This document shows positions 47,251-62,000 of a stretch of 64,000 bases of DNA, piece after piece. The stretch's first letter is position 1, and each line of letters begins with the position of its first letter. The stretch comes from Macrostomum hystrix (Eukaryota > Animalia > Platyhelminthes). The notes under the pieces were generated by a model. It did no database searches, was not told the origin of the DNA, and saw only the letters and a program-made list of their open reading frames with translations. The position numbers and the translations under genes were made by a program. The stretch covers positions 22,072,001-22,136,000 of the forward strand of contig CATNEN010000038.1 of NCBI GenBank assembly GCA_950097015.1. The letters are read 5' to 3'.

Positions 47251-50200
47251 TTATGGCGACTTGTCCACGTCAGCAGCTCCACTGGCAGCTCCAGCCTGTT
47301 CTAGCGATGATGGCGGCTGCTCAGAGCTGGGTGTCACATCCGGCAGCCGGCTGATGTTTGTAAGCAGTAGCGCCTAAAAACGGATGGGGATGGTTGCCAT
47401 AGCAACCACTTTGAGTTCAGAAGAACGCAACCTTTTCATTGAAAGACACGAAAAAAGAGATTTATAAACTATCTAAAGATAATTATTTAAAATGGTCATG
47501 AACAGACCATGATCAAATCAGTCTAAAATGGTCATAAACAATCTATGATCAACTAGGTCTAAAACAGTCATAAACCCACACGATCAACTGGGCCTAAAAT
47601 GGTCATAAACCCACGTGATCAACTGGGTCTAAATGGTCATAAACCTAAGTGATCAACTGGGCCTAAAATGGTCATAAACAATCTATGATCAACTGGGCCT
47701 AAAATGGTCATAAACCACCTATGATCATCTGGGCCTAAAATGGTCATAAACAATCTATGATCAACTGGGCCTAAAATGGTCATAAACCATCTATGATCAT
47801 CTGGGCCTGAAATGGTCATAAACAATCTATGATCATCTATGATCAGTAGGGCCTAAAATGGTCATAAACAATCTATGATCATCTATGATCAGTAGGGCCT
47901 AAAATGGTCATAAACAATCTATGATCATCTATGATCAGTAGGGCCTAAAATGGTCATAAACAATCTATGATCATCTGGGTCTAAAATGGTCATAAACAAT
48001 ATATGATCAACTAGGTCTAAAGTGGTCATTAGCCTTGACATCCTTCGTACCACACTGAATGTACAAATAAATAGTTTAATGTTTAATGAAATCGTGGACA
48101 AGTACTAGTTAGTAAGATCAATTGAATATTGGCGATAACAAAAATCAGACAGTGCGTCATGCGATATAATTATCGAATACCGAAAGCTTTTCTACAACAG
48201 CAAACCAATCATTCTAGTGCGAATCTGCTATTTAAAAATCTTTGCTTGTAAATAATATATTGAAACTCCCCTCTAGCAAGAGATTACTGACGAGTAGAGA
48301 GTAAGTAGTATTTATCCGTTACATTTTTTTCTTAGAAATGGGATTTAAATATTAGCACATGGTTACAGACAACTTACAGAGACTGTACCTCAATGAGTCA
48401 CATGATTGATCTCATATTTTAATTGTGAATGTTGTCACGGACTTACCGATTCGTCCTGAAACAAATAATGATACATCGGCTGGAGGGAAATAATTGCAGA
48501 TTAATATATTTTTTCCTTTAGGTTATGATTAAGATTATAGATTTTTAACATTACCATGTAAATTTAGTCAGAAGATTCTTGCTACTCTACTTATATTCTA
48601 GGCAGTAGACTGTAAGACATTTTTGTTAAATTCTAAAACAAGTTTTCCTTGATTAAGTTGACAGTTTCGTATTAACTCAAATATCAAGATAGCAAGCAAA
48701 AAATAAAGCTCATGCTAAAAAGATAGACAATAAAATCTACTGCTAAATAAATGAAACATAAAAACAACAACAAAGCTAAATACTATAGATAATAAAAAAT
48801 TGGTTAGCAATCAGACTTATCTGCTTAAGAGCAGAATAAAAAGATAACAAGCAGCAGAAAAGCTCCCCACCTTCTCTTTGGAGCGTTTCTCGGCCTCCGC
48901 CTCCTGCCTGCTCACAAATGCCTGATACGCGATGCGGGTGGCCTGCTTGATGCTGGCACACACCTTACTGGCCGGACTGTCGCATTCGAAGGTAAAGCAG
49001 GCGAACAGATTGCGATTGTCAACAGACCGGCTGCGACAGATTAGGCCTAGTAGGCGGGTGTTCTCGGAGTGGCTGGCCCAGAATGAGATGTCTTCTAGGA
49101 GAAATTCGCACCTGCGTTTGAATTGCCGATTTACCGATTTTCATTCAACTGAGTTTCTTCAATTGGTAACACTAATATCAAAACTCTATACCACACTGAC
49201 TCCCACACTCTATACCACACTGACTCCCACACTCTATACCACACTGACTCCCACACTCTATACCACACTGACTCCCACACTCTATAACACACTCTATACC
49301 ACACTGAATCCCACACTCTATACCACACTGAATCCCACACTCTATACCACACTGAATCCCACACTCTATACCACACTGAATCCCACACTCTATACCACAC
49401 TGACTCCCACACTCTATACCACACTCTATACCACACTGACTCCCACACTCTATACCACACTGAATCCCACACTCTATACCACACTGAATCCCACACTCTA
49501 TAACACACTGACTCCCACACTCTATACCACACTCTATACCACACTGACTCCCACACTCTATAACACACTGACTCCCACACTCTATACCACACTCTATACC
49601 ACACTGACTCCCACACTCTATACCACACTGAATCCCACACTCTATACCACACTGAATCCCACACTCTATAACACACTGACTCCCACACTCTATACCACAC
49701 TCTATACCACACTGACTCCCACACTCTATACCACACTGAATCCCACACTCTATACCACACTGACTCCTACACTCTATATCACACTGAATCCCACACTGAC
49801 TCCCAGTCTATACCACACTGACTCCCACACTCTATACCACACTGAATCCCACACTCTATACCACACTGACTCCCACACTCTATACCACACGGAATCCCAT
49901 ACTCTATACCACACGGAATCCCATACTCGGTATCACACTGTATCCCATACTCTATACCACACTGAATCCCATACTCTATACCACACGGAATCCCATACTC
50001 TATACCACACGGAATCCCATACTCGGTATCACACTGTATCCCATACTCTATACCACACTGAATCCCATACTCTATACCACACGGAATCCCATACTCGGTA
50101 TCACAGTGTATCCCATACTCTATACCACACGGAATCCCATACTCGGTACCACACTGAATCCCATACTCTATACCACACAGAATCCCATACTCTATACCAC

Positions 50201-52854
50201 ACGGAATCCCATACTCTATACCACACGGAATCCCACACCCATTCCTCACCTGATGAGTTTCGTCTGCGGCTCAACCAGCCACAGACCACGATCGGACACA
50301 GCCAAAGTATACTCGGTGGATTTGAAAATATTGTGTACAGCCCTGGCCGTTAGAACCTGTCGCATTGTTCGAGTTACAAGCTCGTCGCCACGATTCCCTG
50401 GCACCTCCATTGAACCGGTAAATCTGACACCGTAGGTCACGGAGAATTGCGAATCAACAACCGCCATTCGCTGATCAAACAGTGCCGCAGATTTCTCTTC
50501 AGTCTCGGTGAGATGCGGCAGATCGAACTGAATTGGCACCTGTTCAAACCAGGAATCGTCGATTGCCGATGCAATAGCGGCGTCCTTTGAATCTGGCGGC
50601 GCCTTTGATGTTGCCGCCAACGAGGCAGACCTTGTTGGCGAAGCTTGACTAGAACTGAGATGAGCTGAAAGAGGATCTGGGAGCTTTGTGATCAAACTTT
50701 GAGGATCTGAGAGCTTTGTGATCAAACTTTGAGGATCTGGGAGCTTTGTGATCAAACTTTGAGGATCTGGGAGCTTTGTGATCAAACTTTGAGGATCTGG
50801 GAGCTTTGTGATCAAACTTTGAGGATCTGGGAGCTTTGTGATCAAACTTTGAGGATCTGAGAGCTTTGTGATCAAACTTTGAGGATCTGGGAGCTTTGTG
50901 ATCAAACTTTGAGGATCTGGGAGCTTTGTGATCAAACTTTGAGGATCAGAGAGCTTTGTGATCAAACTTTGAGGATCTGGGAGCTTTGTGATCAAACTTT
51001 GAGGATCTGGGAGCTTTGTGACTAAGCTTTGAGGATCTGGGAGCTTTGTGATCAAACTTTGAGGATCTGAGAGCTTTGTGATCAAACTTTGAGGATCTGG
51101 GAGCTTTGTGATCAAACTTTGAGGATCTGGGAGCTTTGTGATCAAACTTTGAGGATCTGGGAGCTTTGTGATCAAACTTTGAGGATCTGGGAGCTTTGTG
51201 ATCAAACTTTGAGGATCTGGGAGCTTTGTGATCAAACTTTGAGGATCTGGGAGCTTTGTGATCAAACTTTGAGGATCTGGGAGCTTTGTGATCAAACTTT
51301 GAGGATCTGGGAGCTTTGTGATCAAACTTTGAGGATCTGGGAGCTTTGTGATCAAACTTTGAGGATCTGGGAGCTTTGTGATCAAACTTTGAGGATCTGA
51401 GACTTTTCTTTATCAAGATTCTAGGATCTGGTGGATTTCAAACCAAGCCGGATGAACAGGGAGGATTTCAAGGGATAAGTGTAGTGTAAGTGTAGTCCCG
51501 TCTCACTTGGCAGTTTAGTTGTCGGGACAAAATCCTTCGTATAGCCGCCGCCGCTAACCACAATGTTGGTGATGGCGGTGATCCATTCGTCGCGATCGAT
51601 TTCATTCTCGGCCTGGAGCACAATGGGTCTAAAACAAGAGTGGGGTGACTAGAATAGTAACGAGATAAGAAAGACAAAATTTGTGTTTAGCAAAGAGCGA
51701 CAAGTAGAGTGAGTGATGAGCCTAGAGTGACAAGATAGGCTAGTGATGAGCTCAGAGTGACAAGATAGGCTAGTGATGAGCTCAGAGTGACAAGATAGGC
51801 TAGTGATGAGCTCAGAGTGACAAGATAGGCTAGTGATGAGCTCAGAGTGACAAGATGAGTGAATAGTGAGCTCAGAGTGACACGATGAGTGAATAGTGAG
51901 TGACAATATGAGTGAATAGTGAGTGACAAGATGAGTGAATAGTGAGTGACAAGATGAGTGAATAGTGAGTGACAAGATGAGTGAATAGTGAGCTCAGAGT
52001 GACACGAGTGAATAGTGAGTGACAATATGAGTGAATAGTGAGTGACAAGATGAGTGAATAGTGAGCTCAGAGTGACAAGATGAGTGAATAGTGAGCTCAG
52101 AGTGACAAGATAGGCTAGTGATGAGCTCAGAGTGACAAGATAGGCTAGTGATGAGCTCAGAGTGACAAGATAGGCTAGTGATGAGCTCAGAGTGACAAGA
52201 TAGGCTAGTGATGAGCTCAGAGTGACAAGATGAGTGAATAGTGAGCTCAGAGTGACACGATGAGTGAATAGTGAGTGACAATATGAGTGAATAGTGAGTG
52301 ACAAGATGAGTAAATAGTGAGTGACAATATGAGTGAACAATGAGCTTAGAGTGACAAGATCAGTGAATAGTGAGCTCAGAGTGACAAGATAAGAGTGGCA
52401 AAATAAGCCTTGAAGCACTAAAACAGCATAGAAAGCCTGAATGAAGCCCTTCGCTCACTTCCGTCCGCCGGGCCCGCCAATCTGAAAGACGTGTCGCCTG
52501 TCGTCGGCGTCGCAGGGCTCAGCGTAGAGTCCGGGCTCGGCCAAGTCAACGAGGAGGCAGCCGGCCACATCGCGCCGACCCTGCCGCATCAGATTGCCAG
52601 TCTGGGTGTAGAAGAATTCGCGATCCCAGCGGGTCTGCAAAAGGCCGGCCCGGCTGCGTATCATCAGATAGCCGCTCTTGTGCGACAGATGCGGATTCGA
52701 ACCAGCGACCAAGGAGCCGCGCTGATTGGATGAGGACGAAGGCGAGGGCGGCGCCAAGGGCTCGGGTTGGTACACAGCGTCAGAGCAGGACTCTTCGATG
52801 GAAGCGACCAGATCGGCGGTGCGGGTTCGCTCCAGGTCCAGCTCACGTTGGCCA
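47251..52854 (-). CDS. APPL1: APPL1/2-like (DIP13) adaptor, PH+PTB half; N-terminal BAR exons lie beyond the window
   Basis: Exons 52854-52459 (YQPEP...HKSGYLMIRSRAGLLQTRWDREFFYTQTGNLMRQ...CDADDRRHVFQI), 51628-51507 (ILQAE-like IVLQAENEIDRDEWITAI), 50664-50250 (PIQFD...VRFTGSMEV...TMRQVLTARAVHNIFK...LVEPQTKLIR), 49111-48871 (SHSENTRLLG...CFTFECD...KVC) and 47373-47251 (stop). All are GT-AG with matching phases, and the motifs are characteristic of APPL proteins. Confidence 0.9.
47391..47408. promoter_or_regulatory. RFX X-box-like palindrome GTTGCCATAGCAAC
   Basis: TGGTTGC-CATA-GCAACCA is a perfect inverted repeat matching the RFX consensus GTTGCCATRGCAAC; function untested. Confidence 0.45.
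47488..48030. repeat. ~36-bp minisatellite, last APPL intron
   Basis: Unit AAAATGGTCATAAACAATCTATGATCAACTGGGCCT, with ~46-bp variants. Confidence 0.9.
49183..50238. repeat. 24-bp minisatellite with a 12-bp sub-unit, APPL intron
   Basis: Unit ACTCTATACCACACTGA(C/A)TCCCAC, drifting to ...CACGGAATCCCAT near the donor. Confidence 0.94.
50671..51400. repeat. 30-bp minisatellite (~24 near-identical copies), APPL intron
   Basis: Unit GAGGATCTGGGAGCTTTGTGATCAAACTTT. Confidence 0.97.
51700..52392. repeat. Mixed 30/23-bp minisatellite, APPL intron
   Basis: Units GAGTGACAAGATAGGCTAGTGATGAGCTCA and GAGTGACAAGATGAGTGAATAGT. Confidence 0.92.
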
Positions 52855-53002
52855 CTGTGTTGTTTTCAATCAAAAAAACAATTTTTGCGATAAGTGCTTA
52901 CAATCCTACTTATAAGCATGCTATGAGTAGAGTGCTGCGAAAATATCGTATTACCATGAAACCCTTTTTTAAAACATCCTTCTTTCCCAATCAGTAGCAC
53001 AT

Positions 53003-56000
53003 AAAACCTGAGGATCTGTTAAACTGGCAGCTATACAAACTGGGGATCAGATAAAATGACTGGAAAAAAACTAAGGATTTGGGAAAATGACAGCTTTACA
53101 AACTGAGGATCTGGGAAAATGACAGCTCTTCAAACTGAGGATCTGGGAAAATGACAGCTCTTCAAACTGAGGATCTGGGAAAATGACAGCTTTACAAACT
53201 GAGGATCTGGGAAAATGACAGCTTTACAAACTGAGGATCTGGGAAAATGACAGCTCTTCAAACTGAGGATCTAGGAAAATGACAGCTTTACAAACTGAGG
53301 ATCTAGGAAAATGACAGCTCTTCAAACTGAGGATCTGAGAAAATGACAGCTCTTCAAACTGAGGATCTAGGAAAATGACAGCTCTTCAAACTGAGGATCT
53401 AGGAAAATGACAGCTCTTCAAACTGAGGATCTAGGAAAATGACAGCTTTACAAACTGAGGATCTGGGAAAATGACAGCTCTTCAAACTGAGGATCTGGGA
53501 AAATGACAGCTCTTCAAACTGAGGATCTGGGAAAATGACAGCTCTTCAAACTGAGGATCTAGGAAAATGACAGCTCTTCAAACTGAGGATCTAGGAAAAT
53601 GACAGCTCTTCAAACTGAGGATCTAGGAAAATGACAGCTCTTCAAACTGAGGATCTAGGAAAATGACAGCTCTTCAAACTGAGGATCTAGGAAAATGACA
53701 GCTTTACAAACTGAGGATCTGGGAAAATGACAGCTCTTCAAACTGAGGATCTGGGAAAATGACAGCTCTTCAAACTGAGGATCTGGGAAAATGACAGCTC
53801 TTCAAACTGAGGATCTAGGAAAATGACAGCTCTTCAAACTGAGGATCTGAGAAAATGACAGCTCTTCAAACTGAGGATCTGAGAAAATGACAGCTCTTCA
53901 AACTGAGGATCTGAGAAAATGACAGCTCTTCAAACTGAGGATCTAGGAAAATGACAGCTCTTCAAACTGAGGATCTAGGAAAATGACAGCTCTTCAAACT
54001 GAGGATCTGGGAAAATGACAGCTCTTCAAACTGAGGATCTGGGAAAATGACAGCTCTTCAAACTGAGGATCTGGGAAAATGACAGCTCTTCAAACTGAGG
54101 ATCTGGGAAAATGACAGCTTTACAAACTGAGGATCTAGGAAAATGACAGCTCTTCAAACTGAGGATCTGGGAAAATGACAGCTCTTCAAACTGAGGATCT
54201 GGGAAAATGACAGCTCTTCAAACTGAGGATCTGGGAAAATGACAGCTCTTCAAACTGAGGATTTAGGAAAATGACAGCTCTTCAAACTGAGGATCTAGGA
54301 AAATGACAGCTCTTCAAACTGAGGATCTGGGAAAATGACAGCTCTTCAAACTGAGGATCTGGGAAAATGACAGCTCTTCAAACTGAGGATCTGGGAAAAT
54401 GACAGCTCTTCAAACTGAGGATCTGGGAAAATGACAGCTTTTCAAACTGAGGATCTAGGAAAATGACAGCTCTTCAAACTGAGGATCTAGGAAAATGACA
54501 GCTCTTCAAACTGAGGATCTAGGAAAATGACAGCTCTTCAAACTGAGGATCTAGGAAAATGACAGCTCTTCAAACTGAGGATCTAGGAAAATGACAGCTC
54601 TTCAAACTGAGGATCTGGGAAAATGACAGCTCTTCAAACTGAGGATCTAGGAAAATGACAGCTCTTCAAACTGAGGATCTAGGAAAATGACAGCTCTTCA
54701 AACTGAGGATCTGAGAAAATGACAGCTCTTCAAACTGAGGATCTAGGAAAATGACAGCTCTTCAAACTGAGGATCTAGGAAAATGACAGCTCTTCAAACT
54801 GAGGATCTAGGAAAATGACAGCTCTTCAAACTGAGGATCTAGGAAAATGACAGCTCTTCAAACTGAGGATCTAGGAAAATGACAGCTCTTCAAACTGAGG
54901 ATCTAGGAAAATGACAGCTCTTCAAACTGAGGATCTGGGAAAATGACAGCTCTTCAAACTGAGGATCTAGGAAAATGACAGCTTTACAAACTGAGGATCT
55001 GGGAAAATGACAGCTCTTCAAACTGAGGATCTGGGAAAATGACAGCTTTACAAACTGAGGATCTGGGAAAATGACAGCTCTTCAAACTGAGGATCTAGGA
55101 AAATGACAGCTCTTCAAACTGAGGATCTGGGAAAATGACAGCTCTTCAAACTGAGGATCTGGGAAAATGACAGCTTTACAAACTGAGGATCTGGGAAAAT
55201 GACAGCTCTTCAAACTGAGGATCTAGGAAAATGACAGCTCTTAAAACTGAGGATCTGGGAAAATGACAGCTCTTCAAACTGAGGATCTGGGAAAATGACA
55301 GCTCTTCAAACTGAGGATCTGGGAAAATGACAGCTCTTCAAACTGAGGATTTAGGAAAATGACAGCTCTTCAAACTGAGGATCTAGGAAAATGACAGCTC
55401 TTCAAACTGAGGATCTGGGAAAATGACAGCTCTTCAAACTGAGGATCTGGGAAAATGACAGCTCTTCAAACTGAGGATCTGAGAAAATGACAGCTCTTCA
55501 AACTGAGGATCTGGGAAAATGACAGCTTTTCAAACTGAGGATCTAGGAAAATGACAGCTCTTCAAACTGAGGATCTAGGAAAATGACAGCTCTTCAAACT
55601 GAGGATCTGGGAAAATGACAGCTCTTCAAACTGAGGATCTAGGAAAATGACAGCTCTTCAAACTGAGGATCTAGGAAAATGACAGCTCTTTAAACTGAGG
55701 ATCTGGGAAAATGACAGCTCTTCAAACTGAGGATCTAGGAAAATGACAGCTCTTCAAACTGAGGATCTAGGAAAATGACAGCTCTTCAAACTGAGGATCT
55801 GAAAAAATGACAGCTCTTCAAACTGAGGATCTAGGAAAATGACAGCTCTTCAAACTGAGGATCTAGGAAAATGACAGCTCTTCAAACTGAGGATCTAGGA
55901 AAATGACAGCTCTTCAAACTGAGGATCTAGGAAAATGACAGCTCTTCAAACTGAGGATCTAGGAAAATGACAGCTCTTCAAACTGAGGATCTAGGAAAAT

Positions 56001-59000
56001 GACAGCTCTTCAAACTGAGGATCTAGGAAAATGACAGCTCTTCAAACTGAGGATCTGGGAAAATGACAGCTCTTCAAACTGAGGATCTGGGAAAATGACA
56101 GCTTTACAAACTGAGGATCTGGGAAAATGACAGCTCTTCAAACTGAGGATCTGGGAAAATGACAGCTTTACAAACTGAGGATCTGGGAAAATGACAGCTC
56201 TTCAAACTGAGGATCTAGGAAAATGACAGCTCTTCAAACTGAGGATCTGGGAAAATGACAGCTCTTCAAACTGAGGATCTGGGAAAATGACAGCTTTACA
56301 AACTGAGGATCTGGGAAAATGACAGCTCTTCAAACTGAGGATCTAGGAAAATGACAGCTCTTAAAACTGAGGATCTGGGAAAATGACAGCTCTTCAAACT
56401 GAGGATCTGGGAAAATGACAGCTCTTCAAACTGAGGATCTGGAAAAATGACAGCTCTTCAAACTGAGGATCTGGGAAAATGACAGCTCTTCAAACTGAGG
56501 ATCTAGGAAAATGACAGCTCTTCAAACTGAGGATCTAGGAAAATGACAGCTCTTCAAACTGAGGATCTAGGAAAATGACAGCTCTTCAAACTGAGGATCT
56601 GGGAAAATGACAGCTCTTCAAACTGAGGATCTAGGAAAATGACAGCTCTTCAAACTGAGGATCTAGGAAAATGACAGCTCTTCAAACTGAGGATCTAGGA
56701 AAATGACAGCTCTTCAAACTGAGGATCTAGGAAAATGACAGCTCTTCAAACTGAGGATCTAGGAAAATGACAGCTCTTCAAACTGAGGATCTGGGAAAAT
56801 GACAGCTCTTCAAACTGAGGATCTAGGAAAATGACAGCTCTTCAAACTGAGGATCTAGGAAAATGACAGCTCTTCAAACTGAGGATCTGAGAAAATGACA
56901 GCTCTTCAAACTGAGGATCTAGGAAAATGACAGCTCTTCAAACTGAGGATCTAGGAAAATGACAGCTCTTCAAACTGAGGATCTGGGAAAATGACAGCTC
57001 TTCAAACTGAGGATCTGGGAAAATGACAGCTCTTCAAACTGAGGATCTGGGAAAATGACAGCTTTACAAACTGAGGATCTGGGAAAATGACAGCTTTACA
57101 AACTGAGGATCTGGGAAAATGACAGCTCTTCAAACTGAGGATCTAGGAAAATGACAGCTCTTCAAACTGAGGATCTGGGAAAATGACAGCTCTTCAAACT
57201 GAGGATCTGGGAAAATGACAGCTTTACAAACTGAGGATCTGGGAAAATGACAGCTCTTCAAACTGAGGATCTAGGAAAATGACAGCTCTTAAAACTGAGG
57301 ATCTGGGAAAATGACAGCTCTTCAAACTGAGGATCTGGGAAAATGACAGCTCTTCAAACTGAGGATCTGGGAAAATGACAGCTCTTCAAACTGAGGATTT
57401 AGGAAAATGACAGCTCTTCAAACTGAGGATCTAGGAAAATGACAGCTCTTCAAACTGAGGATCTGGGAAAATGACAGCTCTTCAAACTGAGGATCTGGGA
57501 AAATGACAGCTCTTCAAACTGAGGATCTGAGAAAATGACAGCTCTTCAAACTGAGGATCTGGGAAAATGACAGCTTTTCAAACTGAGGATCTAGGAAAAT
57601 GACAGCTCTTCAAACTGAGGATCTAGGAAAATGACAGCTCTTCAAACTGAGGATCTGGGAAAATGACAGCTCTTCAAACTGAGGATCTAGGAAAATGACA
57701 GCTCTTCAAACTGAGGATCTAGGAAAATGACAGCTCTTCAAACTGAGGATCTGGGAAAATGACAGCTCTTCAAACTGAGGATCTAGGAAAATGACAGCTC
57801 TTCAAACTGAGGATCTAGGAAAATGACAGCTCTTCAAACTGAGGATCTGAAAAAATGACAGCTCTTCAAACTGAGGATCTAGGAAAATGACAGCTCTTCA
57901 AACTGAGGATCTAGGAAAATGACAGCTCTTCAAACTGAGGATCTAGGAAAATGACAGCTCTTCAAACTGAGGATCTAGGAAAATGACAGCTCTTCAAACT
58001 GAGGATCTAGGAAAATGACAGCTCTTCAAACTGAGGATCTAGGAAAATGACAGCTCTTCAAACTGAGGATCTGGGAAAATGACAGCTCTTCAAACTGAGG
58101 ATCTGGGAAAATGACAGCTTTACAAACTGAGGATCTGGGAAAATGACAGCTCTTCAAACTGAGGATCTGGGAAAATGACAGCTTTACAAACTGAGGATCT
58201 GGGAAAATGACAGCTCTTCAAACTGAGGATCTGGGAAAATGACAGCTCTTCAAACTGAGGATTTAGGAAAATGACAGCTCTTCAAACTGAGGATCTAGGA
58301 AAATGACAGCTCTTCAAACTGAGGATCTGGGAAAATGACAGCTCTTCAAACTGAGGATCTGGGAAAATGACAGCTCTTCAAACTGAGGATCTGAGAAAAT
58401 GACAGCTCTTCAAACTGAGGATCTGGGAAAATGACAGCTTTTCAAACTGAGGATCTAGGAAAATGACAGCTCTTCAAACTGAGGATCTAGGAAAATGACA
58501 GCTCTTCAAACTGAGGATCTGGGAAAATGACAGCTCTTCAAACTGAGGATCTAGGAAAATGACAGCTCTTCAAACTGAGGATCTAGGAAAATGACAGCTC
58601 TTCAAACTGAGGATCTGGGAAAATGACAGCTCTTCAAACTGAGGATCTAGGAAAATGACAGCTCTTCAAACTGAGGATCTAGGAAAATGACAGCTCTTCA
58701 AACTGAGGATCAGAAAAAATGACAGCTCTTCAAACTGAGGATCTAGGAAAATGACAGCTCTTCAAACTGAGGATCTAGGAAAATGACAGCTCTTCAAACT
58801 GAGGATCTAGGAAAATGACAGCTCTTCAAACTGAGGATCTAGGAAAATGACAGCTCTTCAAACTGAGGATCTAGGAAAATGACAGCTCTTCAAACTGAGG
58901 ATCTAGGAAAATGACAGCTCTTCAAACTGAGGATCTGGGAAAATGACAGCTCTTCAAACTGAGGATCTGGGAAAATGACAGCTTTACAAACTGAGGATCT

Positions 59001-62000
59001 GGGAAAATGACAGCTCTTCAAACTGAGGATCTGGGAAAATGACAGCTTTACAAACTGAGGATCTGGGAAAATGACAGCTCTTCAAACTGAGGATCTAGGA
59101 AAATGACAGCTCTTCAAACTGAGGATCTGGGAAAATGACAGCTCTTCAAACTGAGGATCTGGGAAAATGACAGCTTTACAAACTGAGGATCTGGGAAAAT
59201 GACAGCTCTTCAAACTGAGGATCTAGGAAAATGACAGCTCTTAAAACTGAGGATCTGGGAAAATGACAGCTCTTCAAACTGAGGATCTGGGAAAATGACA
59301 GCTCTTCAAACTGAGGATCTGGAAAAATGACAGCTCTTCAAACTGAGGATCTGGGAAAATGACAGCTCTTCAAACTGAGGATCTAGGAAAATGACAGCTC
59401 TTCAAACTGAGGATCTAGGAAAATGACAGCTCTTCAAACTGAGGATCTGGGAAAATGACAGCTCTTCAAACTGAGGATCTAGGAAAATGACAGCTCTTCA
59501 AACTGAGGATCTAGGAAAATGACAGCTCTTCAAACTGAGGATCTGGGAAAATGACAGCTCTTCAAACTGAGGATCTGGGAAAATGACAGCTCTTCAAACT
59601 GAGGATCTGAGAAAATGACAGCTCTTCAAACTGAGGATCTAGGAAAATGACAGCTGTTCAAACTGAGGATCTAGGAAAATGACAGCTCTTCAAACTGAGG
59701 ATCTAGGAAAATGACAGCTCTTCAAACTGAGGATCTGGGAAAATGACAGTTCTTCAAACTGAGGATCTAGGAAAATGACAGCTGTTCAAACTGAGGATCT
59801 AGGAAAATGACAGCTCTTCAAACTGAGGATCTAGGAAAATGACAGCTCTTCAAACTGAGGATCTGGGAAAATGACAGCTCTTCAAACTGAGGATCTAGGA
59901 AAATGACAGCTCTTCAAACTGAGGATCTAGGAAAATGACAGCTCTTCAAACTGAGGATCTGAGAAAATGACAGCTCTTCAAACTGAGGATCTAGGAAAAT
60001 GACAGCTCTTCAAACTGAGGATCTAGGAAAATGACAGCTTTACAAACTGAGGATCTGGGAAAATGACAGCTCTTCAAACTGAGGATCTGGGAAAATGACA
60101 GCTCTTCAAACTGAGGATCTGGGAAAATGACAGCTCTTCAAACTGAGGATCTAGGAAAATGACAGCTCTTCAAACTGAGGATCTGAGAAAATGACAGCTC
60201 TTCAAACTGAGGATCTGAGAAAATGACAGCTCTTCAAACTGAGGATCTGAGAAAATGACAGCTCTTCAAACTGAGGATCTGGGAAAATGACAGCTCTTCA
60301 AACTGAGGATCTAGGAAAATGACAGCTCTTCAAACTGAGGATCTAGGAAAATGACAGCTCTTCAAACTGAGGATCTAGGAAAATGACAGCTCTTCAAACT
60401 GAGGATCTGGGAAAATGACAGCTCTTCAAACTGAGGATCTGGGAAAATGACAGCTCTTCAAACTGAGGATCTGGGAAAATGACAGCTCTTCAAACTGAGG
60501 ATCTGGGAAAATGACAGCTTTACAAACTGAGGATCTAGGAAAATGACAGCTGTTCAAACTGAGGATCTGGGAAAATGACAGCTCTTCAAACTGAGGATCT
60601 GGGAAAATGACAGCTCTTCAAACTGAGGATCTGGGAAAATGACAGCTCTTCAAACTGAGGATTTAGGAAAATGACAGCTCTTCAAACTGAGGATCTAGGA
60701 AAATGACAGCTCTTCAAACTGAGGATCTGGGAAAATGACAGCTCTTCAAACTGAGGATCTGCGAAAATGACAGCTCTTCAAACTGAGGATCTGAGAAAAT
60801 GACAGCTCTTCAAACTGAGGATCTGGGAAAATGACAGCTCTTCAAACTGAGGATCTGGGAAAATGACAGCTCTTCAAACTGAGGATCTGGGAAAATGACA
60901 GCTCTTCAAACTGAGGATCTAGGAAAATGACAGCTCTTCAAACTGAGGATCTGAGAAAATGACAGCTCTTCAAACTGAGGATCTGAGAAAATGACAGCTC
61001 TTCAAACTGAGGATCTAGGAAAATGACAGCTCTTCAAACTGAGGATCTGGGAAAATGACAGCTCTTCAAACTGAGGATCTGGGAAAATGACAGCTCTTCA
61101 AACTGAGGATCTGGAAAAATGACAGCTCTTCAAACTGAGGATCTGGGAAAATGACAGCTCTTCAAACTGAGGATCTAGGAAAATGACAGCTCTTCAAACT
61201 GAGGATCTGGGAAAATGACAGCTCTTCAAACTGAGGATCTAGGAAAATGACAGCTCTTCAAACTGAGGATCTAGGAAAATGACAGCTCTTCAAACTGAGG
61301 ATCTGGGAAAATGACAGCTCTTCAAACTGAGGATCTAGGAAAATGACAGCTCTTCAAACTGAGGATCTAGGAAAATGACAGCTCTTCAAACTGAGGATCT
61401 GGGAAAATGACAGCTCTTCAAACTGAGGATCTGGGAAAATGACAGCTCTTCAAACTGAGGATCTGAGAAAATGACAGCTCTTCAAACTGAGGATCTAGGA
61501 AAATGACAGCTGTTCAAACTGAGGATCTAGGAAAATGACAGCTCTTCAAACTGAGGATCTGGGAAAATGACAGCTCTTCAAACTGAGGATCTGGGAAAAT
61601 GACAGCTCTTCAAACTGAGGATCTGGGAAAATGACAGCTCTTCAAACTGAGGATCTGGGAAAATGACAGCTCTTCAAACTGAGGATCTAGGAAAATGACA
61701 GCTGTTCAAACTGAGGATCTGGGAAAATGACAGCTCTTCAAACTGAGGATCTGGGAAAATGACAGCTCTTCAAACTGAGGATCTGGGAAAATGACAGCTC
61801 TTCAAACTGAGGATTTAGGAAAATGACAGCTCTTCAAACTGAGGATCTAGGAAAATGACAGCTCTTCAAACTGAGGATCTGGGAAAATGACAGCTCTTCA
61901 AACTGAGGATCTGGGAAAATGACAGCTCTTCAAACTGAGGATCTGAGAAAATGACAGCTCTTCAAACTGAGGATCTGGGAAAATGACAGCTCTTCAAACT

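Noticed and set aside
48932-50353. 473-aa Thr/His-rich + strand ORF
   Set aside because: It is the antisense of APPL exons plus a 24-bp intronic repeat.
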